DNA of 64,000 bases, from positions 16,192,001 to 16,256,000 of the forward strand of contig CP068257.2 in NCBI GenBank assembly GCA_009914755.4. Direction: 5' to 3'. This DNA is from the human T2T-CHM13v2.0 reference genome, Homo sapiens. Below, in pieces: positions 12,411 to 26,733 of the stretch (its first letter is position 1; the number at the start of each line of letters is the position of its first letter). A program made the position numbers and the translations under genes. The notes under the pieces are model-generated. The model was given only the letters and a program-made list of their open reading frames with translations. It did no database searches and had not been told where the DNA came from.

Positions 12411-15099
12411 CACATCAATGGCTAATAAATCTGTTCTGAGTCCTCTAGACTTTGATTGACTCATGAGTGGACTAGAAATCTTTGGATTGTACTGAAGAAT
12501 ATTGACTGGAATCATCTTGGTGACCCAAACCAATTAGAATTAAATTTAATCTAATTTAATTAGAATTCAATTAGAATCAGAACATGCCTCAGAGGGAGGG
12601 CCAGGCATGGGGAAAGTAGCAATTCACTTTAATTTCAACTTAGAGTTGAAACATTTCAGCCAATAATTTGTTATTTTTTTAATGAAACCTGTTATAGTTC
12701 CACAAAAAGAACTCTCAATCCTCTTACAAATGGAGTAAACTCCTTTGTACCTATTGTAAGTGTAATTTTCATAGGCCTTAAAGTCATACATACAAACTAG
12801 GTAATATTTTATTTTTGGGTAATTGAACTTAGTTTCTATTATATGCCCTATTTCCCCTGATATTGTAATGCAAAATCTAGTCATTTCTAGATGGATTTAG
12901 CCTTTGTCATACTTTTGTCATGTCATCCTTTGTCTTGTAACTTCAAGTTTAAAATCATGTCATTTCTGGACTTTGCCTTTGCCTCCTGCTCTTCAGGGTG
13001 GTATTCCTGTTCCCTAGTTTATTCTAGACAGGATGGAGGTAGGGAGTCAGGGAAAAGGGACCTGTTCTTCCGTGGTCATGGTATTTGTCAGTCTTCCAGA
13101 AGGCCACCTCCTGAAATCTCTGCAACTGTGAGCGCCTCAGCTGCATAATGCCCACTTGCATTTGGGTTAAAAATTCTAGACCCTTGGGTCCTAAGCTGTC
13201 TCTTTCAAGTACCTTCTGAGCCCTGCTTGGGGAAGTGGGAGGTTTATTTGTCCACTTCTCACGGGTGACCTTAAGGTAGGATCAGAGCCGTCATCAGAGT
13301 CTCTTTGCCCCTCGATGTCACACCGAGCCACATCTAACTGTTGGCCCAATGTAACTGACCATTTTTGCTCTGATGCTGGGGTACTAAGTTGATGTGGTAG
13401 ATCTAGAACACACTTTTTCCAACCTTCTCTCTCCTCAAACTATACACTAGGGAAGAGTAAGGTTTCAGTCTTCCCTCATGTGCATTTAACCCTTTTGCTG
13501 CTCCTCCATGAATTATTTTCATCCTATCAGGACGCTTTCACCTACTGGGCACCTAAACTTGCGTGGAGATGAAGGGTGTAACTTCTTTCTGTAAGTACTC
13601 TTCCAAAGTCTTTGCTGTTCTACAACATTGCTGTTTGAAGCTAAAAGCAAAAAACATGACATCCCTTTTATTCTGTTCTGCAGTAATTTTTCCTTTCCTG
13701 AGTTTGAAAATACCTTAGAATAAACAGGATGAAGGAAAGGTCTTTGGGAAACAAGAAAATTATCATAATTAAAAAAAACACATTTCAATTTTTTTGTCAT
13801 GATATATGAACATACTCCTTCCTCTCCCTCCATCCCAGAACCAGTCAGATGCCAACATCTTCTTAATTTTATTTCATGCAGCTGGCTCTTCTCTTGCATT
13901 AGTGTGGCTAGCCCCTTCCACTCTCAACCTACTACATTTTGCAGTAGGTTGCTGGCTAGGCTCTGGCCTCACACTCTTATTTGCATCCTACACACTGAAT
14001 ATAGGTGAATCTTTCTAATAAATAGTACAAAAACCTTTAATGACATTATGTTGCCTCTGAGCTAGGTTGCATTTATATCCTGCATAATCTGACACCAACC
14101 TGTTTTATAAGAGTGACCTCTCATTTCATGAATCTCTAGTTTATTTATGTAGAAATAAACACTGAGGTCTTAATATGTTTCAGACACCATGCCAGGCACT
14201 GGGGAATGAATGAAAGATTTCAGTCACTCAGGTCGAAAGATTCTTGATGATAAGAACCAGTGAGGAACTGAGGAAACAATGGGAATCCTAATTACTTTGC
14301 TAGGTTTCATGCCTCTGTGCATTTTTCTAATATAACCAGGGCTGGGGAAGGCAGAAGTCAGAGAAAATTTCCCAGGGAAGATGAAGAGGAATTATTAAAA
14401 TAGAGAAAGATAAGGAGTGTGTTCAGGCATGGTTCTCAGCAACAGTAAACAATGAAGGTATGAAATATTATAGTATACATAATAGCATTTGTTTTTTGGT
14501 TTGATGACCCAGCATCTGAACACCCTTCCTGCATTGGATAATTCTCTATTTTATTAAAGGGAAACGATTTCCACTGTAGAAACCGAAGATACCAATGTGA
14601 AACTAGGGCATGAGCACACGACTTAGGTTCCATGAATTAGATGGAGACTCCCTAGACTTTGAATTGAGGGTAGTGATACCAAAAAAATCAAAACAAAACA
14701 CAATCCATTCTGGTGAGCTTGGCAGCCGTGGTGGGAGGTACATGCCCTTTCCAGAGACCCTAGTAGTGGTGCCATGTTTGGTATCAGTAGGTCAGCCACG
14801 CAAGCTGCAGTTTCTGGGTCTAGCAGGAGGGGTGGTGGGGTTTCCAATGCACCAGTTCTGTGGCGTGATTTGAAAAATGATATTATTTAGATTTTGCTGC
14901 ATAACTGATCATCCCATAACTAAGTGGTAAGTCGCAAAGACTCTCTTCTTGACTGAACTTTAGATAAGCTCTTCTGAGTTCTGTTTTTGACCATGCCCCA
15001 GTGTAGGCTTATAAAAACTGCAGACTCTCAGCATAAATGATTTTTGTCTATTTTCCATACTCCACTCCCACACTAAAATTTTTGAGCAAAAATTAATAT

Positions 15100-16060
15100 A
15101 GTTTCTAGCAGCTCAAAGCTACATTCCTAGAATGACCCTAGCCCCTTAAACTGCTCACCTTGGAAAGCTCAAGACTGATCCAGTCCAAACCAGTAATAAA
15201 CAGGCCCCTGAACCCTCCCCTCTTAGAGCAGTTGTAGTTTAGGAAGCTTGCAGTTGTAATTCCTTTCTCTTCCCCTTTGCGATGTAGATCTTCTACCACC
15301 CAAAATTAACATTCAGGGAAATAATTCCCCCTCTGGTGCCCAGCCCCGTGGCACCTTGCCTCTAATTTACACCACTGCCTTCTGCCATATAAATATAAGA
15401 AGTTTGCTTCTCCTTTAGATAAGCACCAATTAACAAGATCAGTTTCTGCTTAAGCCCCTGCTCATTCCCCCTTCCTTAGTCCCTCATTGTCCCTTTAACA
15501 TGCCCAGTCACCTCTGCACAAATCAAAGTTCAGTTCATGTTGGAACCTCTTTCCCTTTGCAGTGATAATTACGGAATAAAGTTTATTCTTAGTGCTTTAA
15601 CCAGTGTCTAACCAGTGTCTGGATTTATCTTTGACACAAGTCATCTCAGAACTTAGTAACTTATATTTAGCTTATTTATGATCTTGTGAAAACAGCAGTT
15701 TGAATTGGGTTTAACTGAACAGCTCTGGGCTCATTCATGTGTTTGGAGTTGGCTGCTGGTCGATGAGGCAGCTCTGTTTCTGTGGTTTGGCTGACTGTCA
15801 GCTGAGGCTATGGGGATGACTGGACCGCATGTCTCTATCACCGAACAGTCCAGCCCAGGGTTGTTCACATGACAGGTCAGCAGGGTTCCAAGAAGTAGAG
15901 CTCCTGTGAAGTCTACATTCAGAACTGATATAACCATCACTTCTGCCACATTCTTTTGGCCAAAGCAAGTCACAAGGCCAGCACCAAATCAAAGGGTAAA
16001 GAAACACCCTACCTCCTGATGGGAGGAACTTCAAAGTCACATTGTTAAGGGATGTGGATA
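15100..16060. mobile_element. Ancient interspersed-repeat-derived sequence, LTR-like, family unresolved
   Basis: An 'ggaataaagtttattc' poly-A-signal-like motif sits at about 15570. The tract 'caaagcaagtcacaaggccagcaccaaatcaaagggtaaagaaacaccctacctcctgatgggaggaacttcaaagtcacattgttaagggatgtggatacagg' resembles a widely dispersed mammalian repeat motif. Confidence 0.35.
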
Positions 16061-16745
16061 CAGGAAGAAAAATGATGGCAGGTATTTTGCAGACTATCTC
16101 TATACAATTGTACCCGCTGTGCAGCCTCCAAGCTTGATTCTTTGGGCCAGGTTTTGGAGCCTCCTTTAATCTTTAATGAAGTCTTTCTTACATCCGCCTA
16201 AATTGTTTCTGTGGCTTACAATTAAACATCTTGTTGAATATTCTGAGTCGCACATACATTCTCTCTCTCTCTTCACACCATGACTCTTTCCTATAATGTT
16301 TAGAGCAGCGCTGTCCAATAGATGTATACAAGCCTTAATATAACTTAAAAAATTTGGGTAGCCATATTTGAAAACATGAGAAGAAACAAGTGGAATTAAT
16401 ATTAATACTATATTTTATTTCACCCAATATATCCACAGTGTTATTTCAACTAATCAATCTACAAATTATTATATCATGAGATACTTTACTTTTTTTTATT
16501 CTAAGTTTTTGAAATCTCTTGTAAAGCTTACACTGTCAGCACCTCTCAATTTGAATTGGCTGCATTTCAAGTCCTCAGTGGCCTCTACAGGCTACCATAT
16601 TTAGGACATTGTTTTTCCCCAGAGTGAGTCATTGCTTAGATCTGGATATCTGATTCACAAGTAAAGAATGACACTACTGAAGAGGCATAGGAAACGAAAC
16701 CATCATATACTAACCATGAATTTTATACTGGACTCTTTTTTTTTT

Positions 16746-17035
<290 letters not shown>

Positions 17036-18995
17036 ACAGGGCGCTATTAAAAGCACTTTAACTAATATCTTAGTTTGGGTTCTACCCCTAGCAGAGCTTG
17101 AGACACGCATTTGGGTGAAAATAATTTATTTGAGGAATGATTCCAGGAAGCCAATTAAAGATATATTATTGAGCCAGTTATTGCTATGGAGAACTGGCTC
17201 AATTCCATGGACCCCTCGGGGAGCCATATAGAATGAATTTCAGAATTGTTCCTCTGAAGAACAGAAGACTGAGGCATTTATTTACTGACCCCCATTTCTC
17301 ACTGGCTGAGGGTTGTGCCCATGGATGTTAGTGCCCCAACGTTTCTGGACTGTCCTATATAAGGCTGAGGAATCTTATAGCTTCAGAACGAGTCCTGAGG
17401 CAGAAAAGCTGAGCAATAAGGCAAACATCTGGCATAAGGTTTTTCCAGTATGTATGGGAATTGTCTGCCACCAGTTGGAACTGGAATCAGTGATGGGGCA
17501 GGCACATGGCAAAGCCTCTGCTATGCGTACATTGTACAATTGTCTTCTTTTGTTCAGGCTGCTATAACAGAATCCCATAAATTGGGTGGTTTATAAACAA
17601 CATGAATTCATTTTTTACAGTTCTAGAGGCTGGGAAGTCCAAGAGCAAGGCACCAGCATATTTGATATATGGTGAAGGCTCATTTCCTGGTTCATAGAAT
17701 GGTACCTTCTTGCTGTTTTCTCACATGGTGGAAGGGAAGAACTCTGGTCTCTTCAGACTCTTAAAAGGGCATAATCCCCCTATGAGGGCTCCAACCTTAT
17801 GACCTAATCACCTTCCAAAGGCCCCACATCCTAATGCCTTCACATTGGGAATTACTTTTTAACATATAAATTTGGGGGGAACCCAAACATATTTTTCAAC
17901 AATACTTGTAAAACAGACATTATAATTTCCAATTTAAAGAGGAAACTGAGTATAATAAAAATTCCAATAGTATTCAAGATGATATACTCTTAAGTGACAG
18001 AGTGTGTTTCTTCACAAATATGACTTATTACAAGGTCCACAAAGAACATATTTTTTGGGATTTTTTTTTCCTTTTGGGGGAAATGTCCAGAGATTTTTTT
18101 TGGCTTGTGTATTTATTTATTATTTCAGAAATTTAGACAAATCTACAAAGTAGGCTTTGTTTGAGTTATCTTTAATCAGTTTTTTTTGAAAGGGTACTGC
18201 CATAAAACAGGGTCTCATAAGAATGTGGTATATATATTTAAAAAAATACACATTTGCTATTGTGCTTGTTATATTTTCTGACCTTCAAAAAGAAATTTCC
18301 AATAAATTTTGTAAGCTCACTTATTTCCGTCATTCACTGCTGAATTTCTAGTGCGGAGCTCATTTTCAAGTCGATATTACGTACAGCAGATTCTCCCTAA
18401 ATGAAAGGGACTGAACACACCACAGACTGGACAGCTCCCATTATCTGAAATAGCCATAAGCGGCTTTAATGCTGGAGATTTAGTTTAAAGGATTGTCCTC
18501 CTGGAAGACTGGCTGCAGTTGTTTGTGAGGCAGAACAAATTATAAAATGATTATGGCTTCAGAGATGTATGTTTCTAAATGATTGCTTCGCCAGTCCATA
18601 AAATGTCTGCTTTTAAAAAACAGGTGAAATCTGAGAGCCTTAAGAGATTGGATCTTTGGGATATTATTAAAAATGTCTTTATAGGGTCTGGATGCAACGC
18701 CACCGGAGTATATAACTTACCAAGAATGCTGACAGGAAGTCATCAGCATAAAGAAAGAAAAGCAAATTTAAAGATGAAAAAGAAAAGCCTTAAGAATGAA
18801 CTTAGAATATAAACCTAAGCTAGAAAAACAGTTGGAAAAGTTCAGCCCAAACTGTTAACCATATTTTCCTCTGCAAAGTCTTTAGAATTGGGGATAGTCA
18901 TGGGTGTTTGCTTCTGTATTTACTTGAATTTTTCAATACACAAACATGTATCGTGTACAATTTGTGCAATTAAAAATAATCTTAAAAGAAGATGC

Positions 18996-19383
<388 letters not shown>

Positions 19384-20529
19384 CTAATAACACATAGTAA
19401 GTATTCACTAGACATTCACTGAAGAGGGAATCCTCAGAATTTTTGATGTCATCAACAGTTTCATTTTGCAGTCAGGGATATATTTCAGCTTCTCAGTGTT
19501 TTCTAAAAATGTAAATTTTACTGTCAAATATGATTTTATGCCTGCCAGACTCCTTCTATGCAATGAAAGATACGGTGCCTTGTACTAACAGTCCCTTATC
19601 AGAAGCTTTCTAGAAATCACAATTATGAAAAGCTACCTGAAACAGAGAATAAATATTTGACCAGAGGAAACTAAGTTTTTAATATTTTGTTATCTCCCCT
19701 GATCTATTCATGTATTTAAAAATACTTGTTCTTATTATGAAAGTCATAATAAGACTTTTTTGGGGGTCTTGCTTGGCCTGTTTTATTGGAATTGCCTCTC
19801 TCTCCCCAATATTTGGCTGAAGTAATGGGGTTGGGTGGCCAGTGGCTGCCATATTTTGATTAGTTGACTTCCTACTCCTGTTTCCAGCTAATTGAACAAA
19901 ACAGGGAATCTTGATCCAAGCTGAGCCAACTAGCTTGTCTCTTGTGGATTCTATCTAAGAAGAATAAAGATTCAGTCAGGCGATGGTGGTTTCTGGGAAT
20001 ATGGGCTAAGATAAGAGCAGCCATATTGGGGGCCATGCGTTGTTTGTCAAGCACAAGGACTCAAGGGAATGCAGATGCCCAGAAGGAAACATACACAGGA
20101 GACAACACACTCAGTGAGAGAAAAGATGAAGATAATTGCCATGTTTTATTGCTTTCAGATTTAAATTTCTTGTGGGACCTGGCTCTACTACTTTCTCTTT
20201 AGTTATATGGGATGGTCCTGAATACTAATTGACTTAAGATAGGTTAATTTTGAGTTTTGCAAAAAAATTTAGAGAATATGGATATGGAAGAAAATAAAAA
20301 CTGCCCGTAAAAACATAGCCACCCATACATGTCTTTAGTGTGTTTTTATTCTATAGGAATGCTATAATATGCTTCTATGTAAAATTTCCTATCTTTTTAA
20401 AATAAAATTATGAACATGTTCATATTTTGTTAATTCCAATCTTGGTAAATCTCGCTCTTAGTTTATTAAGGTCTGTCTCTGTGTGGCTAAATGTGCCTGG
20501 GAAAAAATATTACCTTGCTGACTGGTTGA

Positions 20530-20995
<466 letters not shown>

Positions 20996-20999
20996 TGAC

Positions 21000-21890
21000 C
21001 TTGTTTCCCGTTTTACTGGGATAATAAAAGCCACTAGAAAACATGTCCTGCATTTTGCTGCCAGCATTGCTACCCACCCGCTTGCTCTGTGCCCACATAC
21101 TCTGCTTTTCACTAGCAGCAAGCTCTCTACACTCCAGCCCTCTCCACTCCTTCACCAGTTTCTATTCTCTCTCATGTATTCGAGGACATCACATCAGCAG
21201 CAGGCATCTCTCTTCTTGTAACATCATGTTTTCTCTATTGCTTCATCATTTCCATGAGCTTATAAATGCTATTATTTTTCCTATCTTAAGAGAGAAGACA
21301 ATTTTCCAGACTCTTTATTCCCCTGCAGTTACTGGATCACTTCTCTGCTCCTGTAAAAGGCAACTCTTCTCAATAGTTATATCTACTTGATATCTGCAAT
21401 TTGCTTGTCTCTCATTTTCTAATCAGGCATTCATTCTCGTGCCTCTTACAAAACAGCTCTTGTCAAATTGCTATTGACTTTCACATAGCTAAAACCAGTG
21501 ATGGTTGTTAGTTTTCATCTTACTTGAACTGTTGGCAGCATTTGACAGAGGTGATCTCTGTCAAGGTCTTGCTTTACTGGCCCCCTCCTTTTAAGGCTTA
21601 TTTGCTTGTCCTTTTATCTATTTCTAACCTCTAACCATTGGTGTGCCCTGAACAATGTCTCAGGTCTCTTCTATTTATTTTCTACACTCACTTTCTAGGT
21701 GATGTCAGCTAGTACAATGGTTTTAAATACTATCCATATATTAAGGACTCTCAAATTGATTTCTTATGCCCAGACCTCTCTCCTGAACTTCAAATTTACA
21801 TACTCAAACTCCTATTCAGAATTTCATCTTGGATGTTTAATAAGTATCACAAATCTCTAAATAGTCAATGGCCCTAGGACTCAAATCTTA
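21000..21890 (+). mobile_element. Ancient interspersed repeat copy, family unresolved, ending abruptly at an L1 junction
   Basis: 'tggttttaaatactatccatatattaaggactctc...tctcctgaacttcaaatttacatactcaaactcctattcagaatttcatcttggatgtttaataag' is family-level similar to 23170-23700. Confidence 0.35.
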
Positions 21891-21911
21891 GAACTTTCCT
21901 CTTTAAAATGA

Positions 21912-23145
21912 TATTATTGAGATGTAATTCACATGGCATACAAATCAACCATTTGAATTGTACAATTCAAGGGCTTTTAGTGCATTTCAGAGTTATTCAA
22001 CCATTACCATAATCAATTTTAGAACATTCTCATTATCCCCCTTAAACCCATCTTGGACATTTCATATATATGTAACCATATAATATGTGGTCTTTTGTGT
22101 AAAGACTTTAGAGTGTTCTAATTTGTTTTATGCAATTTTTTTTTTTTTGCAAATTTGACTGCATGAAAGTGCATTATCACAATGTTGACCTTGTGTGTGA
22201 GACATTGCACATGTACATAAAAACATTGAAACTTCCTCAATAAATGAAGGGATGTCCTTTTTGTACATCTGCATTTGTGAAAGATAAAACTTCTTGAGAT
22301 CTCAACTCTCTAGGCGATTACATATGTAGTGGTGACACATTGTGGTTTCTTATCGATCTCATCAAAAGACATAGGTCATCTGTCATGGTATTTCAGATGA
22401 CCACAGTTATAAAACTGGATGCACACAATTACCAACCATAGTGATATGCGTTTATACATTTTCTTTTGGACCTATTTATGAATATGGTTCATCTGCTTAT
22501 AACTGTTATACCCATGTTTCTGTTGTTAGTATATCTGAGTTCTTATGCTTATAAAAATGTTATTGTTGCCTATTTTATTGTATAAAGTGGCAACTTTATA
22601 CAACTTTATCATGTATTTTATTGTATACTATGAAGTATTCTGTCATGTTTTTATATGTTGCTCAAATAAATCTTTTTTACAAGCATAAATAATTTTCTTT
22701 TAAAGAAAATTAAATTTTTTTCCAGAATTATATTTTTAGAATTTTCAATTTTTAAGATTGTGATTTCTGATATTATGGTGTTTAGAATTATGTCTTTTGG
22801 TATTATGGCCCAACTCTAGTTTTTGTGACTGGCTTCTTTTGTTTAACGTGTTTTCAAGGTTCATCCACATTGTAGTATGTACAAGTACTTCATTCCTTTT
22901 AATTACCAAATAATATTCTATTGAACAGCTATACCATACTTTATCCATTCACCAGTTGATGATAATTTGGATTGTTTCCATCTTTTAGCTACTGTGAATT
23001 CTTCTTCTGTAAACATTCATGCACAAGATTTTGTGTGGACACATGTTTTCACTTGTCCTGGATATATACCTAGGAGGGGAATTGCCAAATCATATGGTAA
23101 CTCTGTGTATAGAGGAATTGCCAGACTATTTTCCAAAGTGGCTTG
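21912..23145 (-). mobile_element. Old L1 (L1M-type) 3' end fragment
   Basis: 'ttgagatgtaattcacatggcatacaaatcaaccatttgaattgtacaattcaagggcttttagtgcatttcagagttattcaaccattaccataatcaattttagaacattctcattatccccc...catttcatatatatgtaaccatataatatgtggtcttttgtg...gttcatccacattgtagtatgtacaagtacttcattcc...' matches the reverse complement of the L1M 3' UTR and the end of ORF2. Confidence 0.8.
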
Positions 23146-23169
23146 GAATTCTTCTATTGGTGCTCACTG

Positions 23170-23700
23170 CATTGGTGCATGGCATCTAGGCCATGGTTTT
23201 AAATATCATCTCTATACTGAAGTCTCGCAAACTTGCCTCTGAACTCGAGATCCACATGACCCATTCATTGCCCACCCACATATCCATCACCTAACTCCTG
23301 ACTTTCCCCTTCACCTCACACCCCTGACCTCAAGCCTGCTTCTCCTCTTATCTTCTTCTCAATTAATGGATTCCCTTCTTCCAGTTGCTCAGGACAAAAA
23401 CCTCAGAGTTGCTCTTGACTCCTCTCATTCTATCCCATCCCATATCTAATCTGTCAGCAAATCCTGTTTGCTCTACTTTCAAAATACTGTCCCCACTCCC
23501 TGTCTGCAGTAGCTCCTCTGCTACCACCCTCATCCAAATCACTCTCACTTCTTTATCACATTGTTGCAACAGCCTCCTAACTTGCCTTCCAGCTCCAGCT
23601 TGATTACCCTTCAGTCTATTCTCAACAGAGTATTCTGGATGAACTTTAAATAACTCTAATTGCTTTCCATTTGAGACTATGGCATTGGGGATCGTGTCTT
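23170..23700 (+). mobile_element. Ancient interspersed repeat copy, same family as 21700-21890
   Basis: '...cttccagttgctcaggacaaaaacctcagagttgctcttgactcctctcattctatcccatcccatatctaatctgtcagcaaatcctgtttgctctactttcaaaatactgtcc...gctaccaccctcatccaaatcactctc...caacagcctcctaacttgccttccagc...cagtctattctcaacagag' matches a widely dispersed mammalian repeat. Confidence 0.5.
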
Positions 23701-24416
23701 TCGGGATTATTATTGGCTCTGACATGCGCACGCAGGTTGAAAGTGCCAGGAAGTTAACATTCCCAGGATTAACCTTCCCTCTATTATCTTCATCCTCAGG
23801 GTAGCACAACACTGAAGTGTCTTGTAAACAGTGTCCCAAAGGTCCCAGAGGGACCAAACCCCAGTTGCTCTCTTCATTAATGCATCTTTGAATGGATTTT
23901 CTTTCCTGTTTTGCTTTCCACAACTCCCTACTGATGCTTCTGGGATAATCTCACAAATAAACTACCTATTTCTGTGTCTACTTTTGGAGGAATCCAGCTA
24001 AGATAAAAATCTTTATAAAGAAATCTTGCCTATATTTCTGTTTCTTAGAGTCGTGAAAAAGGAAATACTAGTTCAAAAAGTGATTTTTTTAAAAAACTGA
24101 GATTTGAGTTCTCTGTGTCAAAACCACCATCTGTATTTGGGGAATTCCACTTTATAAGTCTTGGTGGGAGGGAAGAGTTTGTCTCTTTCTTAGAAGATAG
24201 AAACACCATATATTCACTCTGTTAGCGTCTCGAAACTATATTATTAACATATGACTCAGGTTTGGCTAAGCAGATGGATCTTTCCTAGATTATGCTTGGG
24301 AGGTAGAAATGCAAAGAAGACAAGATAGGGAAGACTCTTCCCTGTTGGGGTTAGTTGTTTTAACAACTTCCAGTTTTTGGAGACCACATTGGTGGTGGTG
24401 ACCATGGCAATTACTA

Positions 24417-24805
<389 letters not shown>

Positions 24806-26260
24806 AAATGTAATATAAGCCACACATGCCATTGAAAACTTTCTAGTAGTATAATTTTTAAAAAAAAAAAGTAAAAAAAGAAACAAGTAGAATTAATTTT
24901 AAGAATGTATTTTTCTTAACCCAAATATCCCAAATGCTATCAGTTTAGCCTGTAATCCATTTAATAAATTATTGAGCTATTTTATAATTATTTCTTTTGC
25001 ACTTTAGTAATCTGGTGTGTATTTTGCACTTAGAGTACATCTGAATTTGGATTAGCCGTATTTCAAATGCTCAGTAGCTGGTTGTGGCTGGGGACTCCCA
25101 TATCGGGCAGTGTAGGCCTAGAGCTGAGAGGCAGTGGGCAGCCATGTCTTCACACAAGACTAGATCTGTACTGTGCTGTGATTTATGCACTGTTACTTTT
25201 TGAGTCTCTAAGCCTAGTGTTTCAATTCCCTGGTTGCATTTGTTAGCAATTTAACATATTTTCATTTCTACCTAAATCAGCCTTAGTTAAGTTTCTGTTG
25301 TTTGCAACTAAGAACCGTATTGTTATAGAAATTTCAATGAGAAGCTTTGTAGGCACAGACATTCAAAGAAATGAGGAGATCTGGGATTGTGTATCTGGCC
25401 TTGTTAGAAATTATGATAGTTTAGATTACTGTTCAGCAAATATTCATTTTCTTTTTCCTCCTCCTGTGGGTAGAATATATTACCCTGCCTCATGATGTTG
25501 GAGTTGACCATGTGACTTGCTTTGGCTAGTAAGATGTCAGTGGATATAATGTGGGCAAAGTGCTGAGATGTGTTTGTGCAATGGTTTCCTGGCCTCTTGT
25601 ACTTCTGCTGTCACCATGAGGAAAATATGCCCCTGTTAGCTGGTGGGTAAAGGAAAATGAAAGGTATGTGAAATAATTTGAAGACCTAGTTAAACTCAAG
25701 CTAGGTTAGCCAACTTCTGTCAATCTGAAGTTAAAAGAAAAAGCATAAGTGATTATATTAAGCCATCTAGTTATGTTATGTAGCATTATTGTTGGAATGA
25801 CTGAAACAGAACTAAAGGTAGCAAAAGTTACAGCTAGTAAACAATGAGTCTCTAACATACGGTATGCAGAGGAGACACAATATATTAATTTATTCACCCT
25901 GGAATGTAGTGCTAACGAAGCAAAGTTTTGAGGAAGCAATTAGCTTGTTAGAGTATAGTAAAATGACTTATATAAGACTTGTAGTAAATAGTATTTATTG
26001 TTAAAATTTCCAAATACTTTAAAGAAATAGATTTATAGTTGTACAATTTGCAGTTGTACTGTTTCCTGCTTAAGGCATTGATTGAAAATCAGTGACTTTT
26101 TTTTTTTTTTTGGCTAAAGAAACATCACATTTCTTTCAGTCACTGGGTTGAGAGAGCCAAAATATACACACAGAAAAACTGAGTCTTTGGTTTGCCAAAA
26201 TTCAATGTCAGTTGAATTTACAGCCTTGCCATGTGTCTGATACAAAGTTTGGGCATTGAT

Positions 26261-26733
26261 GTTATCCTCAGCCAACTAACACAGGAACAGAAAACCAAAT
26301 GCCTCATGTTCTGCCTTGTAAGTGGGAGCTGAACAATGAGAACACATGGACAGAGGGAGGGGAACAATGAACACTGGGGCCTGTGGGTCAGAGGAACAAC
26401 GGGGACAGGGAGAGCATCAGGATAAATAGCTAATGCTTGTGGGGCTTAATAGCTAATGCATGTGGGTGCAGCAAATCACCATGGCACACGTTAACCTATG
26501 TAACAAACCTGCACGTCCTGCACATGTATCCTGGAACTCAAAATCAAATTAAATTAAAAAAATCTATTACTTTGTCTTGTTTAAAAAAATGAGTTACAAG
26601 TTATATACAATAAAATATGCCCTTTTGAATGTGTAGTCCTATGAGTTTTGACAAGCACTCGTGGTTATGTAATGATCACTACTACCATGATCAAGATATA
26701 GAATATTTTTATCACCTCTCAAAAAAAAAAAAT
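26261..26733 (+). mobile_element. Composite L1 insertion: young-type L1 3' UTR end (26261-26565), then about 150 bp of extra sequence, then a poly-A tail
   Basis: '...cagccaactaacacaggaacagaaaaccaaatgcctcatgttctgccttgtaagtgggagctgaacaatgagaacacatggac...gcagcaaatcaccatggcacacgttaacctatgtaacaaacctgcacgtcctgcacatgtatcctggaactcaaaat...aaaaaaa' is followed by non-L1 sequence ending in A12. The whole unit is flanked by a 17-bp TSD 'aaagtttgggca(t/c)tgat' at 26244-26260 and 26734-26750. Confidence 0.8.

Noticed and set aside
12500-12600. 'aattagaatt'-type short repeats ('ccaattagaattaaatttaatctaatttaattagaattcaattagaatcagaa') as a possible structured element
   Set aside because: Short, AT-rich, low-complexity reiteration without defined periodicity or inverted symmetry. 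Consistent with slippage-generated cryptic simplicity.
14600-14880. Locally GC-richer block ('ggcagccgtggtgggaggtacatgccc...cagccacgcaagctgcag...ggaggggtggtggggtttcc') as a possible CpG island or promoter
   Set aside because: It has only a handful of CpGs, is less than 300 bp and has observed/expected CpG well below island thresholds. The overlapping plus and minus ORFs (87 and 74 aa) have no recognisable similarity.
23363-23923. 186-aa minus-strand ORF, the longest in the window
   Set aside because: It lies entirely antisense to an ancient interspersed-repeat copy (23170-23700) and has low-complexity composition. There is no recognisable domain, no splice context and no conservation signal visible. 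A chance open frame of this size is expected in 64 kb of six-frame translation.
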